Below, piece by piece: positions 63,866 through 64,000 of a stretch of DNA of 64,000 bases (its first letter is position 1; every line of letters starts with the position of its first letter). A model generated the notes under the pieces. The model worked only from the letters and a program-made list of their open reading frames with translations, had not been told where the DNA came from and did no database searches. The position numbers and the translations under genes are program-made. The stretch comes from a virus. The stretch is from the IMG/VR virus record IMGVR_UViG_3300031132_000002. One strand, given 5' to 3'.

Positions 63866-64000
63866 GATTTAAAAATGATTGCTGCAAACTCCCTAGCTTT
63901 TTTCTCTGATATCGTGCCAGGCGTGATCCTGGAACATAAAGAGATCTATGCGACAGAGAAGACTTTTAAATTCTCTTTCCACAACAGAAAAGTAGCAATC

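Noticed and set aside
1-64000. tRNA genes, integrase, IS elements
   Set aside because: No cloverleaf, recombinase or transposase motifs recognised by eye; a tRNAscan/Infernal run is needed to exclude them fully

Overview
This window is a 64-kb segment of a large lytic myovirus genome. Gene order and the T7-type primase-helicase and PolA suggest an rV5/CR3/phiTE-like enterobacterial phage (inferred, not searched). 1-10.4 kb (+): baseplate, fibres, holin-like genes and an EPS-depolymerase-type tailspike. 10.4-46.8 kb (-): SSB, nucleotidyltransferases, DNA polymerase, primase-helicase, four glycosyltransferases, cell-wall hydrolase, a dispersed Ter-like set (TerD, vWA, TelA, lipoprotein, TerC/DUF475), SprT, macrodomain, MazG-like, YqeY, UvrD-like helicase and a second stand-alone tailspike paralog. 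46.3-46.9 kb: non-coding strand-switch region, possibly an origin. 46.9-58 kb (+): small accessory genes, an HD hydrolase and an AAA ATPase. 58.1-64 kb: repeat-rich putative genome end, then a promoter-dense early region with a clear T7 Ocr homolog, an acidic protein, a T7 gp0.7-like kinase fold and two candidate sRNAs. The most notable signals are (1) several apparent mimic/decoy genes (Ocr, a shortened tail-tube paralog in the replication operon, a small protein with PolA motif A/B-like peptides, an antitoxin-like tail), (2) the glycosyltransferase cluster whose first gene has no canonical start codon, (3) sigma70 promoters repeatedly embedded in inverted repeats, and (4) promoter-driven non-coding RNAs. 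Family assignments come from motif recognition by eye; no database searches were run.
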